A stretch of 64,000 nucleotides of DNA from the human T2T-CHM13v2.0 reference genome, Homo sapiens. Of this stretch, positions 60,977-64,000 are shown piece by piece (position 1 is the stretch's first letter; each line of letters starts with the position of its first letter). Location: NCBI RefSeq assembly GCF_009914755.1, contig NC_060927.1, one strand, 5' to 3'. A program made the translations under genes and the position numbers. Below the pieces are notes generated by a model. It saw only the letters and a list, made by a program, of their open reading frames with translations, searched no databases and was not told the origin of the DNA.

Positions 60977-61043
60977 AGGTAGAAGGGTGGCTTGGGCTTG
61001 TATCAAACAAATGTTTTACAAAAGTTTGAGCCCAGTTTCCCCA
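60977..61043 (-). pseudogene. Frameshifted ERV-L-class retroviral protease remnant
   Basis: Minus-strand reading WGNWAQTFVKHLFDT-[1 nt left of the Gly codon]-AQATLLP resembles HERV-L WGKGNDQTFRGLLDTGSELTLIP (recalled from memory). Confidence 0.55.
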
Positions 61044-61070
61044 AAGTTCCCCAGTATAATCAGACTGATA

Positions 61071-62066
61071 TGTAGGGAAAAACAAGAGAGATCAGACTGT
61101 TACTGTGTCTATGTAGAAAATGAAGACATAAGAACCTCCATTTTGATCTGTACTAAGAACATTGTTTTGCCTTGAGATGCTGTTAATCTGTCACTTTAGC
61201 CCCAACCCTGTGCTCATAGAAACATGTGCTGTGTGGAATCAAGGTTTAAGGGATCTAGGGCTGTGCAGGATGTGCCTTGTTAACAATATGTTTACAGGCA
61301 GTATGCTTGGTAAAAGTCATCGCCATTCTCCATTCTTGATTAACCAGGGGCACAATGCACTGCGGAAAGCCGCAGGGACCTCTGCCCAAGAAAGTCTGGG
61401 TGTTGTCTGAGGTTTCCTCCCACTGAGACGGCCTGACATATGGCCTCATGGGAAGGGAAAGACCTGACCTTCCCCCAGCCCGACACGCATAAAGGGTCTG
61501 TGCTGAGGAGGATTAGTAAAAGAGGAAGGCCTCTTGCGGTTGAGATAAGAGGAAGGCCTCCGTCTCCTGCATGTCCCTGGGAACGGAATGTCTCGGTGTA
61601 AAACCCGATTGTACATTCGTTCTATTCTGAGATAGGAGAAAACCGCTCTGTGGCTGGAGGTGAGATATGCTGGTGGCAATGCTGCTCTGTTACTCTTTGT
61701 TACATTGAGATGTTTGGGTTGAGAGAAGCATAAATCTGGCCTACGTGCACATCCAGGCACAGTACCTTCCCTTGAACTTATTTGTGACACAGATTCCTTT
61801 GGTCACATGTTTTCCTGCTGACCTTCTTCCCACTATCACTCTGTTCTCCTGCCACATTCCCCTTGCCGAGATAGCGAAAATAGTAATCAATAAATACTGA
61901 GGGAACTCAGAGACCAGTGCTGGTGTGTGTCCTCCTTATGCTGAGCACTGGACCCCTGGGCCCACTGTTCTTTCTCTATACTTTGTCTCTGTGTCTTATT
62001 TCTTTTCTCAGTCTCGTCCCACCTGACGAGAAACACCCACAGGTGTGGAGGGGCTGGACCCCTACA
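61071..62066 (+). mobile_element. HERV-K (HML-2) solo LTR, LTR5B-like
   Basis: tgtagggaaa...gatcagactgttactgtgtct...cacccacaggtgtggaggggctggacccctaca; 996 bp; AATAAA at ~61889; 6-bp TSD ctgata/ttgata. Confidence 0.95.
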
Positions 62067-62072
62067 TTGATA

Positions 62073-63394
62073 CATACAGCATTTAGTTTTGGGGACAGAA
62101 AGGCCTTCCCCCACCTCCATCATCTTTTTCTTTAAAATAATTATGTTTGGGATAGAGGGTGTGGGAGGGATCACATACTGCAGAAACAGAGCAGTTTTGT
62201 ACAGGAAGCAAGGCATAGTTACTTTCTGATTCCTGTGATGCATGTGAGCCAACAAAACATACAATATTTTCATTGCATACAAAGTTCTATATTGAAGAAC
62301 AAATGTCCTGTTACTGATATCATTTATTTCAGCTTTGGGAACCCCTTGATTCTGCAGCCACAGCCAAGTGCTATGGCTGTGGAGGATTTTGGGACGGAGG
62401 GTTTTGCTCTCTTTGAGTCAACGTGACTCACCCAGAGACTTTTTCCCAAGGAGTCCACATTAATCTGTGATATCTACTACTCCATTATCATGATAAAATC
62501 TCTTAAGATTTCACCTGGTGGTTTTAACATATGCCTAAGAGAGTTTTTTAGGTGGTGGAGATAACTACAAGAATTTATCTAAATTGTTTTAAGTCAGTTT
62601 CCACTTTCCTCTGAAGTCACTTTCATCAGTTCTGTAAACTCAGTTTAGGGAAATGGCCCCAATACTACTGAATGTCTCATCTATGGTTTCCTGTAGGAGT
62701 TTGCATGCGTTAAGGAAATCTCTTCAAGAGGGCCAAAACACTTATATAGTAGGCAGGATCCACCAAAGAGAACAGTGACAACAAATCTGAGATTTTCACT
62801 GTTGTCTCTGAATGGATCTAAAGGTGGCACTTTAGGCTGAAGGACAGACTAAGTCATAAAATAATGTGTATGGGCCCCACCCCATTATCTTCCAATCGAA
62901 CCAGACGAACTGTTCACCTTTTGCTAGGTTGGCCCATAATATCACTGATTTTCCTCTTTTCATTATAAGTGTAGTGGCATACCTCTGTAACTGTTAGCTA
63001 AAAAGGGTCAACCTTCTGTCCATCCATAGAATGATCTTAATACTATTTGTTACAATGTGCACAGCTGAAATTGGCTGTCATGTTAGTGAGGAACGCACCT
63101 CACTTGGAGGAGAGTTAGGGTACCATTTGGGCCGCTGTCTTTGAAACTAATTTCAAGTGATCACCTTTGAACCACATCCTTAATACCCCCCCCCCAACAT
63201 CCCTGATTAATGGGCAATAACATGGAGGAGGTTTTATTGCCCAATTAACCTTGTGATTGGGTCAATGCTTGTTATTGATTCTCATAGTCTTCCCTCACAT
63301 CCTGTTAATTGCCCCATGAAGCTGTCATCCTTTCTTTTCCAGAAAACCATGTCTCTATTAGCACCCCAATCTTGTTGCCAAAACTATCAAGAAC
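62073..63394 (-). mobile_element. Probable ERV-L-class internal (leader/gag) remnant
   Basis: Lies between the LTR47-like LTR with its PBS-like tggcaacaagattgggg and the protease remnant; no gag motif confirmed. Confidence 0.45.
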
Positions 63395-63819
63395 TGTGAT
63401 GGATCTAAAAGCTTACCCGACTTACAAGTTAGCAAGCCAGCTGCTATATTTTCATGGAAACTCTTAGAAGATATAAAATTCATGGGTCAGAGACAAATAA
63501 AAATTTGTTACTCATATCAATAATAGTAGCCAATGTATCAGCATTTTTGTGCAAGTCCCAGAGCCCCAATTCCCACAGAGTAATGCAAAGAGATAGAGAA
63601 ATAATACCTGCACATGCAATGGGTTGAATTACTCAGAGAAACCCTGAGCTTAGGAAATTGAATTCTTTAATATATTAAGTATGATTGCTCTTTGCTCTGG
63701 AGGAAGGCTAAACTTTTCACTATATTCGCTTAAAAAAAAGGTCCAGAATAAAAGGTAGTTGCCTTGCTTATAAGATGTGAAAAAAATGTAAGAAACCCAT
63801 TAAGAATTGTTTCCCAACA
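63395..63819 (-). mobile_element. LTR47-like ERV-L-class LTR
   Basis: Minus strand starts tgttgggaaacaattcttaatgggtttcttac and ends ...atcaca (TG...CA), ~425 bp. Confidence 0.7.
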
Positions 63820-63859
63820 ATAATATAATATTTTATTCTGGTTGCTTTTATCACTACAT

Positions 63860-63937
63860 ATCACTGTACATATATATCACTTACCACTATATATGCTTAG
63901 GCTATATAGATATATATACATATATAGAGAGAGAGAG
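63860..63937. repeat. TA-rich low complexity ending in (TA)n(GA)n
   Basis: Seen directly. Confidence 0.85.
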
Positions 63938-64000
63938 CGCCTAAGAATATATATAAGAGATTAGAATCCTAAAATCTTAGAAAAACAAGAAACTATTAAG

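Noticed and set aside
61520-61560. Direct repeat aagaggaaggcctc x2
   Set aside because: As far as I recall, a normal part of older LTR5 consensus sequences

Overview
AT-rich, repeat-dominated non-coding DNA from a hominoid, probably human (AluY/AluS, L1PA2-like, THE1 and HERV-K LTR5 elements). I find no credible host protein-coding exon, tRNA, rRNA or CpG island. The listed ORFs are repeat-derived (Alu, L1 ORF2, MaLR-internal, GGAA repeat) or look like chance ORFs. The interest is in nested transposon architecture and repair scars: (1) an old L1PA15-like element with an inverted ORF1 part carrying two full-length, convergent THE1 proviruses whose inner LTRs both keep a perfect DUX4-type motif; (2) a tail-less, TSD-less AluY replacing ~255 bp of an L1, with a fold-back insertion at the junction; (3) a decayed ERV-L-class provirus (LTR47-like LTR, Ser-like PBS, frameshifted protease) interrupted by an LTR5 solo LTR; (4) several fold-back and duplication scars. 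I do not see a genuinely new biological system. Subfamily calls are from remembered consensus features, not a database search, and boundaries of old elements are approximate.
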